Source of the DNA: Trueperaceae bacterium
GTDB lineage: Bacteria; Deinococcota; Deinococci; Deinococcales; Trueperaceae
Direction: 5' to 3'
Assembly: GCA_965213925.1 (NCBI GenBank)
Contig: OZ243927.1
Span: 2,272,001 to 2,336,000 of the forward strand
Length of the DNA stretch: 64,000 nucleotides
Within the stretch, counting starts at the first letter, position 1, and the number at the start of each line of letters is the position of its first letter. The notes under the pieces were generated by a model. That model worked only from the letters and a program-made list of their open reading frames with translations. It searched no databases and had not been told where the DNA came from. The translations under genes were made by a program, and so were the position numbers. This document shows, in pieces, positions 1 to 10,687 of this stretch.

Positions 1-77
1 TTCTTAATATCCCTTTTCACAACCCGCCAGACAACTAGGTTTGTGTAACCTTATGGCTACCCTCTCGAGGAGGCGTA

Positions 78-1439
<1,362 letters not shown>

Positions 1440-1467
1440 GTTCTGACAGATAGCGCGAAAAGCGGTG

Positions 1468-1500
1468 TAAGGGCGAGTTCCAAACTCGCCCTTATTTATT
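1468..1500 (+). terminator. Intrinsic terminator of rpoD
   Basis: TAAGGGCGAGTT / AACTCGCCCTTA hairpin followed by TTTATT. Confidence 0.75.
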
Positions 1501-1504
1501 AAGT

Positions 1505-1695
1505 ACACTGTCAGCTAAAAAATGATTCATGTCATTCTGAGCGTAGTGACAGCGAAGTGAAAGAATCTCTGCATTCGCCTTCTCCCTCTGCGAGAGATTG
1601 AGGGGCGAGACCCCTCGACTGCGCTGCGCTCCGCAAGGCTACGCCCGACTACGTGAACGGGGTGACAACAGCGTTATAAAATTAGTTGACAGAGT
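1505..1695 (+). repeat. ~190-bp palindromic MITE/REP-like element, copy A
   Basis: TIRs ACACTGTCAGCTAA / TTAGTTGACAGAGT; internal GTCATTCTGAGCG..AAGAATCT..GGGTGAC arms; homologous in inverted orientation to 3859-4040. Confidence 0.8.
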
Positions 1696-1696
1696 T

Positions 1697-1872
1697 TAAG
1701 TGCTCTGTTAGCTAATTCCTACTACGTACTCTCTCGTAACCCCGAGTGGGGCGATGCTCAGCGTAGCGCTAAGGCGAAACCGTCCAGTCTACAACTAGGT
1801 GCGTGAGTAGCGCCTAGCTAGGCGCAATTATCGCTAGCGTGCTCCTGCGGTGACGGCTGAGTTGACCGACTA
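1697..1872 (+). repeat. Degenerate tandem relative of the 1505-1695 element
   Basis: Starts TAAGTGCTCTGTTAGCTAA (same TIR), has GTAACCCCGAG..GCGGTGAC arms and ends near GAGTTGACCGACT. Confidence 0.4.
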
Positions 1873-1943
1873 TCTTTGGTCGGTAAGAGAACTACTGCCC
1901 TGCCCCGCTTATCCGATTCGAGGTCGGGGATGATCTCGAGGCA

Positions 1944-2636
1944 CTACCAAAGCGTTCGTGACAGAAGAAATTCACGCAGTTGGGCGACCGAGGCAACCTC
2001 TTTGGTCGGTCTATAGTCGCCGTAGCCGTGCTCAAACCTAAGCTGTTCGGGCAATCTGAGCCGTACGCTCTGCCAGCCTAACTGAGCGGGCGCGTCGAAG
2101 TCTTTGCTCGGATTATCGCCTACGTAAATGAGGCTTTCAGGCGGCAACGCCAGCGCCTCGCTCACCGCTTCGAACGCTCGAGGATGAGGCTTCCAGAAGT
2201 CCTTGCCCCACGTGTCGGTCAGGACAACAGCGTCGGCGTAGTGCTCTAAGCGTAGCGCGTCAGCCTTGGCGCGTTGGCTCACATAAGGTCCGTCGGTAAT
2301 GACGCCTAGCGGGACGCCTTCGGACTGAAGCTCGAGCATGAGCCCCTCCATCTCCGGCAAGAGGTCGATCGTCGGCGCATGCTCTCTATAAATTGTGACG
2401 AAGTCCGAAATGGTGAACGACGCGCCGAGTTCGGGATAGCGTGCGAGCAGTTCGTTGAACGTCGTTCCCCGCGTGCCCGCTTTGAAGTGGCCCCACAGCA
2501 ACGCGAAGGCGTCCTCCTCGGGGACGTCCGTTTGCTCGGCCACCGTAACCGCCACCGCCTGAAAGCCGCTCTTTACGTAGTCACGCTCGAAGTAGAGTGT
2601 GTCGTCCATGTCGAAAACGACGCCTAGCTTGCGCAT
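1944..2636 (-). CDS. HAD-family hydrolase
   Basis: FDMDDTLY motif I, KPHP motif III, YVGDN motif IV. Confidence 0.9.
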   Translation of the reverse strand: MRKLGVVFDMDDTLYFERDYVKSGFQAVAVTVAEQTDVPEEDAFALLWGHFKAGTRGTTFNELLARYPELGASFTISDFVTIYREHAPTIDLLPEMEGLMLELQSEGVPLGVITDGPYVSQRAKADALRLEHYADAVVLTDTWGKDFWKPHPRAFEAVSEALALPPESLIYVGDNPSKDFDAPAQLGWQSVRLRLPEQLRFEHGYGDYRPTKEVASVAQLREFLLSRTLW

Positions 2637-2637
2637 G

Positions 2638-3606
2638 TCAAACGGACCATAAGGGCTCGGCGGTAAAGTACTCCGTGTTGTAGCGCGTCATGTAGAGCCC
2701 GACCTGATATTCGCCGAAACGCTCGGGAACGCTTTCCCCTCGCAGCATCGCCATGAGCCAGTCGGGATACTTGCCACCCGCCGCATACGCCAGCGGAAAT
2801 CCGCCGCCAAAACGCGGGTTGACCTCGGTCAAGACGGGTCCGCGCTCGCTTAAAAACGCTTGCAGCGTCACCGCGCCTCTCGCCCCGAGGTCGGCGATGA
2901 CGCGCAGCACTCCGATGAGCCAGTCGCGCAAGTCGTCGTCGGGCAGGGTAATCCCCTGAATCGACTCGCCCGCGAGCGTGCGAATGCGCCGCCTCGGGAC
3001 GTAGTGGAGCGGTTTGCCCGCGAGGTCTAAAAGCGCGTCAATAGTGATCTCGTGCCCGCGCAGTTCCTCTTGGATGATCGCGTTTGGCACACGCGGCAAG
3101 TAGTGCTCTAACTCGCCCGTCGGCACGCTGTAGATGTCGCGGCTGGCGCTGCCGTCTCTGGGTTTCACAAAGAGGTGCTCGGGCAACTCGTCGGCGTTGT
3201 AATGCTCCGGTAACCAAGACAGCGCGGTGTCCACACCCTTCTCCGCGAACGCCTTGTAGGTCAGCCATTTATCGCCACAAATGTCGATGAACGCGGGCTT
3301 TGAGATGAGCGCGGTCGCGCCGACCTCTCTAAAAGCGTCCGCATTTTCCGCCAAAACCGCGAGTTCTGTGTCAATCGTCGGGACGATGAGCTTAATCTGA
3401 TGCTCTTGCGCGAGCGACACGAGGCGCGGGATGTACTCGTCGCTGTCCACGCGGGGCAGTGGCACCCCTTCATGAGCAAGATAGAGCGCGGGCGCGAGGC
3501 TGCTCAGGTCGCCCGCGATAACTTTGCCGCCCGCCGCCTCCGCGACCTTGACAAACGCTTGCACTAGCGATGTTCTGCGTCCGGCGCTCGTAACGAGTAC
3601 GTTCAT
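2638..3606 (-). CDS. ATP-grasp protein (CarB-like, polysaccharide-locus type)
   Basis: Start taken at MNVLVTSAGRR; IVPTIDTEL, VKPRDGSAS, EVNPRFGGG. Confidence 0.85.
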   Translation of the reverse strand: MNVLVTSAGRRTSLVQAFVKVAEAAGGKVIAGDLSSLAPALYLAHEGVPLPRVDSDEYIPRLVSLAQEHQIKLIVPTIDTELAVLAENADAFREVGATALISKPAFIDICGDKWLTYKAFAEKGVDTALSWLPEHYNADELPEHLFVKPRDGSASRDIYSVPTGELEHYLPRVPNAIIQEELRGHEITIDALLDLAGKPLHYVPRRRIRTLAGESIQGITLPDDDLRDWLIGVLRVIADLGARGAVTLQAFLSERGPVLTEVNPRFGGGFPLAYAAGGKYPDWLMAMLRGESVPERFGEYQVGLYMTRYNTEYFTAEPLWSV

Positions 3607-3738
3607 AGATAACCTCTCAACTTCGACCTTTTTCCGCGTAAAGATGACGCACAGAAAGATGTGGACTCGGGCAGATGTGCCCTCTCTAGCAAAATTCAAT
3701 CACGCGGAGGCGTTTACGCTTGTTAGTAACCTCATAGT

Positions 3739-3790
3739 GATACAAGGTTGCATAACTTTGTTTGCAAACAAAGTTATGCCCATCTGTGAT
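3739..3790. repeat. ~52-bp element with a perfect 30-bp palindrome (3750-3779)
   Basis: GCATAACTTTGTTTG|CAAACAAAGTTATGC; palindrome and flanks recur inverted at 7029-7082. Confidence 0.8.
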
Positions 3791-3858
3791 GGGATGTAAA
3801 CTCGGCGCAACTCGCTAGCCTAAAGGCTGAATTACTGAAAAGTTCTAACGCTCTAAGT

Positions 3859-4040
3859 ACACTGTCAACAAAGTATTGATACCTCTTATATGTCACCCTG
3901 TTCACGCAGTCAGACGAAGTCCGGCGAAGGCGTAAGGGTCTCGTCTTGCAATCTCGGCTGGTTGAGATTGCAAGACGAGATTCTTTCACTTCACTTCGTT
4001 ACGTTCAGAATGACATGGCTTATTGTTTAGCTAACAGAGT
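3859..4040 (-). repeat. ~180-bp palindromic MITE/REP-like element, copy B
   Basis: TIRs ACACTGTCAACAAA / TTAGCTAACAGAGT; reverse complement aligns with 1505-1695 (ATGTCATTCTGA, GAAGTGAAAGAATCTC, CGTGAAC.GGGTGACA). Confidence 0.8.
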
Positions 4041-4071
4041 AGCAAGAGGTCATAGTCTCTTTTAGCGCAAC

Positions 4072-4102
4072 AGAAAGAGGCAAGGTTGAAGCCTTGCCTC
4101 TT
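4072..4102 (-). terminator. Terminator of sat-cysC
   Basis: AAGAGGCAAGG / CCTTGCCTCTT hairpin followed by a T-rich tail on the minus strand. Confidence 0.65.
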
Positions 4103-4123
4103 GAGGCCTTACACCTTCACCCC

Positions 4124-4747
4124 TCACTTAGCCGAGAGATAGCCCCTCTGCTCCAACTCGGCGATGATTTTCGCCGCGCTCTCCTCCGCGCTCTCGTCGG
4201 CGGTGTGAATCGTGATTTCCGGGTTATCCGGCGCTTCGTAGGGGTCGTCGATGCCCGTGAAGTTCTTGATTTCGCCTGCCCGCGCCTTTTTATAGAGCCC
4301 TTTCGGGTCGCGCGCTTCGCAGACCTCTAAGGGCGTGTCCACGAAAATCTCGACGAATTCGCCCGCGTCCATGAGCCCCCGCACCATCTCGCGGTCGCTC
4401 TTATAAGGCGAGATGAAGGCGGTCAAGACGATGAGCCCTGCGTCCGTAAAGAGCTTCGCGCTCTCCCCGATGCGGCGGATATTCTCCACGCGGTCATCAC
4501 TGCTGAAGCCTAAGTCTTTATTCAAACCGTGGCGGACGTTGTCACCGTCTAAGAGGTAGGTGTGGTGTCCGAGTTCGAACAGTGCGCCCTCTAGTACGTT
4601 CGCCACCGTCGACTTGCCCGAGCCCGAGAGCCCCGTGAACCACAAGATGCAGGGCTTTTGCCCCTTCTTGTTCGCCCGCTCGTCCTTGCTGACTTTAGAT
4701 TCGTGCCAGGTGATGTTCGTCGCTTTTTGTCCTTTGGTTTGCGCCAT
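4124..4747 (-). CDS. cysC: Adenylyl-sulfate kinase
   Basis: [37 protein letters not shown] 7 nt before ATG at 4747. Confidence 0.96.
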   Translation of the reverse strand: MAQTKGQKATNITWHESKVSKDERANKKGQKPCILWFTGLSGSGKSTVANVLEGALFELGHHTYLLDGDNVRHGLNKDLGFSSDDRVENIRRIGESAKLFTDAGLIVLTAFISPYKSDREMVRGLMDAGEFVEIFVDTPLEVCEARDPKGLYKKARAGEIKNFTGIDDPYEAPDNPEITIHTADESAEESAAKIIAELEQRGYLSAK

Positions 4748-4749
4748 GC

Positions 4750-5907
4750 TCACGCCTCCTGATACGCATTCATAAGAATTTTAGCGACTTCGGGGCGGCT
4801 GAATTCGGCGGGCGGCATCTGCCCGTTAGAGAGCATCTCGCGCACCTTGGTGCCGGATAAGAACACGCGGTCTTGCGCGCCGTGCGGACAGGTCTTCGAC
4901 GAGCCCATCTGCTCGCACTTCTTGCAGTAGAAGGAGTGCTCGAAGTTGAGCGTGGCGATCTCGAGTTCGTCTCGGCTGAATTCCTCAAAAATCTTTTGCG
5001 CGTCGTACGTGCCGTAGTAGTCACCGACGCCCGCGTGGTCACGCCCGACAATGAAATGTGTGCAGCCGTAGTTCTGTCGCGAAATCGCGTGCAAAATAGC
5101 CTCGCGGGGTCCGGCGTAGCGCATGGCGGCGGGGTACGTCCCTAAGAAGACGCGCCCATCAGGATAGTAGTCATCCAGGATGACGTTGTAGCACCGCATC
5201 CGCACGTCGGCGGGGATGTCGTCGGACTTCGTCGTGCCGACGAGAGGGTTGATGAAAAGCCCGTCGACGATCTCTAACGCCACTTTCGTCAGGTACTCGT
5301 GCGCTCTATGGATCGGGTTGCGCGTCTGAAAAGCGACCACCGTGTTCCAGCCGCGCTCCGCGAACGCATCCCGCGTTTCTTGCGGCGTGAAGCTCACCTC
5401 TTGAAACTCGCTCTTAGGCAGGTCGTGAATCAGGCTAATCGGACCACCCAAGTAAACCGCGCCCGCCTCCATAATTGCTTGCACGCCGGGGTGAGCACTG
5501 TCCGAGGTTCCGTAAACTTGCTCCGCTTCGTGCGTCTGATCGGGCTGATATTTGTCGGTCACTTCCATGAGAGCTAAGATATCGCCGTTCGGACCTGCGA
5601 GCGCGACCTCTTGACCTTGGGAGACGACGTCGTCCTCAGAAACCTGCAACGTGATGGGAATGCTCCAAGCTGCGCCGCTCGCCAAACGCATAGAACCGAC
5701 GACGCTTTTGTAGTCGGCTTCGCTCACAAAGCCCTCTAGGGGGCTGTAAACGCCCGTGGCGAGGCACTCTAAGTCTGCTAAATTCCGTTCGCTCAGCGTG
5801 AGGCGCGGCAGCGACGAGGCGCGGTTTTGCGCCTTTTGGCGCTCGTCGCCCTCGAGCCGGCGGTTCACCAGCGTGCCGCCGTGAGGTTGGATCAGTTGAT
5901 TGGACAT
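4750..5907 (-). CDS. sat: Sulfate adenylyltransferase
   Basis: [31 protein letters not shown]. Confidence 0.96.
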   Translation of the reverse strand: MSNQLIQPHGGTLVNRRLEGDERQKAQNRASSLPRLTLSERNLADLECLATGVYSPLEGFVSEADYKSVVGSMRLASGAAWSIPITLQVSEDDVVSQGQEVALAGPNGDILALMEVTDKYQPDQTHEAEQVYGTSDSAHPGVQAIMEAGAVYLGGPISLIHDLPKSEFQEVSFTPQETRDAFAERGWNTVVAFQTRNPIHRAHEYLTKVALEIVDGLFINPLVGTTKSDDIPADVRMRCYNVILDDYYPDGRVFLGTYPAAMRYAGPREAILHAISRQNYGCTHFIVGRDHAGVGDYYGTYDAQKIFEEFSRDELEIATLNFEHSFYCKKCEQMGSSKTCPHGAQDRVFLSGTKVREMLSNGQMPPAEFSRPEVAKILMNAYQEA

Positions 5908-6069
5908 GATGTTCTCCTAATCGTGTTGGAAGCTGATGTGTGAAAAAGACGGGTAAACCCATAGACACAAGCGGGAGTATACCCAATAAACTCGAAGAAT
6001 GTAGGAAAACGCGCACGTTTTGTTCGGTCGGTTTTGAAGCTCGAGCGACTGCGAGTGCGCGTTTAGAGC

Positions 6070-6906
6070 TTAGGGTTGTGAGGCGGCGTCGTGAACCAAG
6101 TCGTAGAACCTCGGCACCTGCGCCGCGATGACCTCCGCTCGGCTGCGCCACGCAAAGGTAGGACCGACGCCGCCGTACTCGAACGCCACCGTGTGCGGTT
6201 CGCCCCACGCGCCCGCTCGGATATGGTCGAAGGCTCCCTCGGTCAGCGTCCAGTCGAACTCGGTCAGCGGCAAGTGGTCGCTCAGCTCACCTTGGTGAAA
6301 CTGGATGCCGGTGAGGTGCAGCTCTCTAAGGCGCTGCACCGGCAGCGCCGCTAGATAGCTCTCGGTCGTCACCCCCGCCTCCTCGACCTCCAGGTAGTGC
6401 GCGCTGATGCGGGCGTGCGAGAGGTCGAGCAGCAAGCCGCAGCCCGTCTCTTCTAATACGGTGGAGATGACACTCGGTTGCACGCAGGGGCGAAGAACGT
6501 CCCATTGGTGTCCCCGATAGATGACGTTCTCCGCGATGACGCGCTCCGCGCCGACGTGCTGCGCCACGTAGCGAACGTCCCCAATCAACCGCTCGGTGAT
6601 CCTCTCGACGTCTTGTGGGTCTCCTGTATTCACCGCCATCTCGGGGTAAACCTCCGCTGTAACCTCCAAGTGCACGTTCACGAAGGGCGTGTTCGTTACG
6701 TTTAACACCCTTTCGACCTCCCCCCAGTCCGTCTCGCGCAGTGAGGGATGCCCCGCGACGAGCGGAAAGTGGACGTATACGGGCGCGAGCGCGGACGCCT
6801 CGGCGATCAGCTCGGACCAGTTGGGACATTTGAAGAGGTCGATGTCGATGTTGCCCCGGCGCAAGAGGTCAGCGGCTTGAGGGGAGTAGTTGATGGCGAA
6901 ATTCAT
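6070..6906 (-). CDS. DUF692-family (MNIO-like) metalloenzyme
   Basis: H..EN..LLLDLSHA..ELHLTG..DH..FEY pattern of DUF692 TIM barrels; TATGCT box 7 nt before ATG 6906 suggests a leaderless start. Confidence 0.72.
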   Translation of the reverse strand: MNFAINYSPQAADLLRRGNIDIDLFKCPNWSELIAEASALAPVYVHFPLVAGHPSLRETDWGEVERVLNVTNTPFVNVHLEVTAEVYPEMAVNTGDPQDVERITERLIGDVRYVAQHVGAERVIAENVIYRGHQWDVLRPCVQPSVISTVLEETGCGLLLDLSHARISAHYLEVEEAGVTTESYLAALPVQRLRELHLTGIQFHQGELSDHLPLTEFDWTLTEGAFDHIRAGAWGEPHTVAFEYGGVGPTFAWRSRAEVIAAQVPRFYDLVHDAASQP

Positions 6907-7028
6907 GAGGTTTAGCATAGATCAAATCACACACCTTGCGACCGATTCTCTGATTTGTTAAATTATTCACAGGAGTTATACGGAATTGCACAGCTTACTT
7001 ACCCTAACTGAGGGCGTTAGAGCTTACT

Positions 7029-7082
7029 ATCACAGATAGGCATGACTTTGTTTTGCAAACTAAAGTCATGCAACCTCGTATT
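7029..7082. repeat. Second copy of the palindromic ~52-bp element
   Basis: GCATGACTTTGTTTTGCAAACTAAAGTCATGC (7040-7071) with flanks ATCACAGATAG and AACCTCGTAT matching 3739-3790 inverted. Confidence 0.8.
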
Positions 7083-7106
7083 ATCATGTGCGCATTCTTT
7101 ACACTT

Positions 7107-7236
7107 TGCTCGTCCCCTTCGTCTTGAACACCGCAGGCGATATCGACCCCGACTGCGGTGTCACGCCTTAGTGAGGCTGACGGCAAGCTGCGCGCACGGG
7201 GTAGGTGCGTATGTCCGGACCAAAGGGACGGTAGCG
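7107..7236. ncRNA. Candidate structured RNA (four-way junction with loop-loop pairing)
   Basis: Helices found by eye: CGTCCC/GGGACG, ACACCGCAG/CTGCGGTGT, GTCA-GCCT/AGGCTGAC, GCGCAC/GTGCGT; loops carry ACCCC and GGGGT. Confidence 0.3.
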
Positions 7237-7449
7237 AGTCTGAATTCCTTCGTTTGCCACCCGCTAGAAACCGCGTCGCAGGCGCGACGAAAGGTATAGT
7301 CCTCGAATTCGCCGCGTCAGTCACACGAATTCCACTTCATTTCACCGAGAAAAAGCCTCGGCGATAGTCCATACGCTCCATCCGTTTTGCTTCTAGCAAA
7401 AACGTTGTAATTCGCTATAGCGAAAACTATATAAATGTTCGTTCCTACT

Positions 7450-7710
7450 CATACCGTTTCCGGGTAATTCCTATGGGAATTACCCCGAGCGAAGTAGCCT
7501 TCAGCAGGGGGTATTGACTGGTCATAGACGTGCATAGATAACGGGACGCTACCCCCTGCTGAAAGCTCCTTAGCGAGTAGAAAAAGTACGGATTCCGATG
7601 ATTACGGAAGCAACGACGAAGGAGTTTATGCAGTAATCATCGGAATCTGTATCATTACGTTTGGATTGATTCGCCTACCTTCATGCGCGAATCAGTCGGA
7701 ATCCGTATCA
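7450..7710. repeat. Deinococcus SRE/SNR-like small repeat array with a nested inverted repeat
   Basis: ATACCGTTTCCG-hairpin-CCGAGCGAAG..AGCGAGTAGAAAAAGTACGGATTCCG..CGGAATC(T/C)GTATCA modules; internal 18-bp IR at 7496-7513 / 7550-7567. Confidence 0.65.
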
Positions 7711-7853
7711 CCGCAGGGACAAGCTCGAGCGGCGAGCGACGCCGCTGGCGATAGGTGGCGGCGTCCTTGGGCAAGGTTCACATTCCCAAACATCCTCTCG
7801 GTAGGGTAGAATACAAACGTGATTAACTTCACATCGAGTGATTAGGAGGCAGA

Positions 7854-10197
7854 GTGAAACGTTATCTTTTTTTGTTGGTCGCTCTCGTTACCCTGCTAGT
7901 AGCGTGTGGCGAGAGTACCCCGACCCCAACGCCCAACCCCCCATCCGAACCCGTTGTTCCGCCACCGCCGAGTGGTGGGGGCGAACTGGTCGGCACAGTG
8001 ACCGCGCCAGCTGGCGGTGACGTGGCGCAGACGGAACTCATCGCTTGTTTTCTCGAGGCGAGTCAGTGCAACCCGTACTCGCCCAACACGCAGGCTACAG
8101 TAATCGGCGCAGCCGGACCCTCAGGCAGCTTTAGCTTCCTCTAATTTGGTGGCGGGTCAATACCTCATCGTCGCCGTTAAAGACATGAACGGCAACGCGC
8201 AGTTCGACGCAGGTGACTATGTGGGTTGCTACGGCACCTATCCAGACTGCACCGCCGCCACCCCGCCGCAGTCCGGTCTGAATATTCAGATGACCGTCGA
8301 AGGGGGCGCACAGCCGCCCGACACGGGCTCCGGTACGGGCGCGATCTCGGGTACGCTCGTCTTCCCCGGAGGTCGCGAAGACCTCTCGAAGCGTCCAGGG
8401 GAGGACCAAGCGACGACCGAGGCGGCGCGAGCACCAGCGGAGTTCGTCGTCCAAGATATCCCTAACATGCAAGTGGGCAGGTTCGTGCCTGGTGAGGTTA
8501 TCGTCAAGTTTAAGACGGACGTGCGGGCGCAGTCGCTCTCCGTCCAGGGGTTGTCGCTGCAGCGCGCGCGAGCGGTGGGGGTCGCTAAAGCCGCGCTCTA
8601 CCGCGCGGAAGGGCTGGACGAAAGAGGCACGCTCGAGCTTATCGGTGAACTGAACGCGCGTCCCGACGTCGCTTACGCCGAGCCCAACACTATCAAAACC
8701 ATTCAAAAGACGCCCAACGACGAGTTCTACCCGTTCCAGTGGCACTACGAGGCGATGAACTTGCCCGCCGCCTGGGACATCGAGGACGGCACGAGCAGCA
8801 GCGTCATGGTCGCCGTGGTGGACTCGGGCGCGATTCCTCACCCCGATCTGCAGGGGTCGCTCCTGCCGGGTTACGACTTCGTCTCCGACCCGGCGAACGG
8901 CGGCGACGGCGACGGCTACGACCCTGACCCGACCGATATCAGCATCTATTCGGGGTGGCACGGGTCGCACGTAGCGGGCACGATCGCCGCGAGCACGAAT
9001 AACGGCGTCGGCGTCGCCGGGGTGAGCTGGGGCGCGCAGATCGTGCCGATCCGGGCGTTGGGCGACCTGGGCGGCTCCGTCGCTGATATCATCAACGCCG
9101 TGCTGTGGGCGGCGGGCGAGAGCGTCGAGGGCGTCCCCGTCAACCCTAACCCCGCGCAAGTCATCAACCTGAGTTTGGGCGGCGAAGCGCCCTGCGCCCA
9201 GATCGAGCAAGAGGCGTTCGACCGAGTGAGGGCGCTGGGTATCACCGTCGTTGTAGCGGCCGGCAACGAAGACACCGACGTGGGCTTTTCGTCGCCCGCC
9301 AACTGTGACGGCGTGATCGCGGTAGGTGCAACTGGACCTCAGAATACCCGCGCGCCCTACTCGAACTACGGAACAGGGATCGACGTGATGGCTCCGGGTG
9401 GAGACATCGACCAGACCCTGACGATCGAGGGCCAAACTGTAATCGCGGGCGTGCTGAGCACCCTCATCGATGACGCCACCGGCGAGTATGCCTACGGCTT
9501 CTACAACGGGACGTCGATGGCCGCGCCGCACATCGCGGGACTGGTCGCGCTGATGCTCTCTCAGGAGCCCGGTTTAGACCCGGATACGGTTTTGAGCCGG
9601 CTCCAAGCGAGCGCCGCGCCGCTCTCGGCGGAGGCGTGTAACCGTCCTAGCGGCGAGGAATGCGGCGCAGGGCTCGTCAACGCGGCGGCGGCTTTGGCGA
9701 GCACAGGGACGCCTCCGGACCCGACCGACCCCACGGACCCGACTGACCCGTTACCGCCTCCACCCGATACGGGCAGCGTCACCACGTTTGTCGCCGCGCT
9801 CTACTGTTTAGCGCAGTGCAGCGACTTCGATATCGACTTGTCTAATGGCGGTGAGGTGTCCGCAGAGACGCTGCAAGCGCCTTATAGCATCACCGACCTT
9901 ACGGCAGGTACGTATATCGCCGCCGCCTGGCAAGACCTCGACGGCGACGGAGCGGTGAGTTCGGGTGAGCCCTTCGGTCAACACCTCAATGCCCTGACGC
10001 TCGCGGCAGGTCAAGAGCTTGACCGGGCGGATATCTACTTGCAGCCCTTTACGCCGCAAGCGTCCGGCGCTGCCGAATCGCAAACGGCGAAGTCAGCCCT
10101 TGCTAGGGCGCTCGAGCAACGCGCCGCGCGCACCGGCGCAAGCGCAGCTTCAGAGTTTGCGTCGCAAGCTCTGAAACGTGCTCGAGGAATGGAGTAA
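7854..10197 (+). pseudogene. S8 (subtilisin-like) serine protease lipoprotein, split by a +1 frameshift near 8139
   Basis: Lipobox LLVAC and Pro-rich linker in 7854-8144; catalytic VVDSG, HGSHVAG, GTSMAAPH in 8146-10197; deleting one C in TTCCTCTAATTTG gives continuous SFSNLVAG. Confidence 0.85.
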
Positions 10198-10230
10198 CAT
10201 TTGAATTAGTTCGAGGACGGTATTACCCCA

Positions 10231-10273
10231 GGCGCGTCCGAGTCAGCATCGGCTGACTCGGACGCGCCTTTTT
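10231..10273 (+). terminator. Intrinsic terminator
   Basis: Perfect 17-bp stem GGCGCGTCCGAGTCAGC/GCTGACTCGGACGCGCC plus TTTTT. Confidence 0.9.
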
Positions 10274-10539
10274 ATATCGCGGTTTAGCTCAGCACGCCTC
10301 ATGCGCGACCTCTCCAAAGGCTGCGCGGCAACGAGCAAAGTTAAGGTACGGTTCTCCTGACAGCTGCGCTGCACATGCGCGCCTCACGAGGTTCGGACAT
10401 GATGAGGGAGGCTGTATGTTACGCTGGTCTCACTCACTGGAGCACGCGCAAGCGTGCGCCTCACTGCTTGGCTCTAGGCACTTCTGCACATATTCAAGCT
10501 CGGACTTCGAAAGCGGTCTTGCCGCGGCTCAGAACCGAA

Positions 10540-10620
10540 TTGAGCCGGTCTCGCGTTTGAGAACGTCGGTTCGCGCCGCAAAAACTATAAGATTAGCACG
10601 CACTTTAGGGGATGAGTTTT
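10540..10620 (+). repeat. Internal remnant of the TA-MITE family (long variant)
   Basis: CGTCGGTTCGCGCCGCAAAAACTATAAGATTAGCACGCACTTTAGGGGATG matches 61795-61845. Confidence 0.55.
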
Positions 10621-10687
10621 TGCTTAGCTCAAACTTAGTGACTCCAGAACACCGCATATCCGTTTGATTGCCACACCCGCTTCGCTC

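Noticed and set aside
7004..7367. Short ORFs as the DUF692 precursor peptide or as an rtcB gene
   Set aside because: They run through repeats and lack an RBS or a precursor-like pattern; only the 8-aa AVGVDIAC word resembles RtcB.
8131..9531. 466-aa minus-strand ORF and the many other antisense ORFs in the track
   Set aside because: Shadow frames of GC-rich genes with no recognisable motifs.
10416..10667. 83-aa ORF with a GGGAGG RBS upstream of cdaA
   Set aside because: Its 3' half is MITE-derived and it has no recognisable domain; not supportable as a gene.
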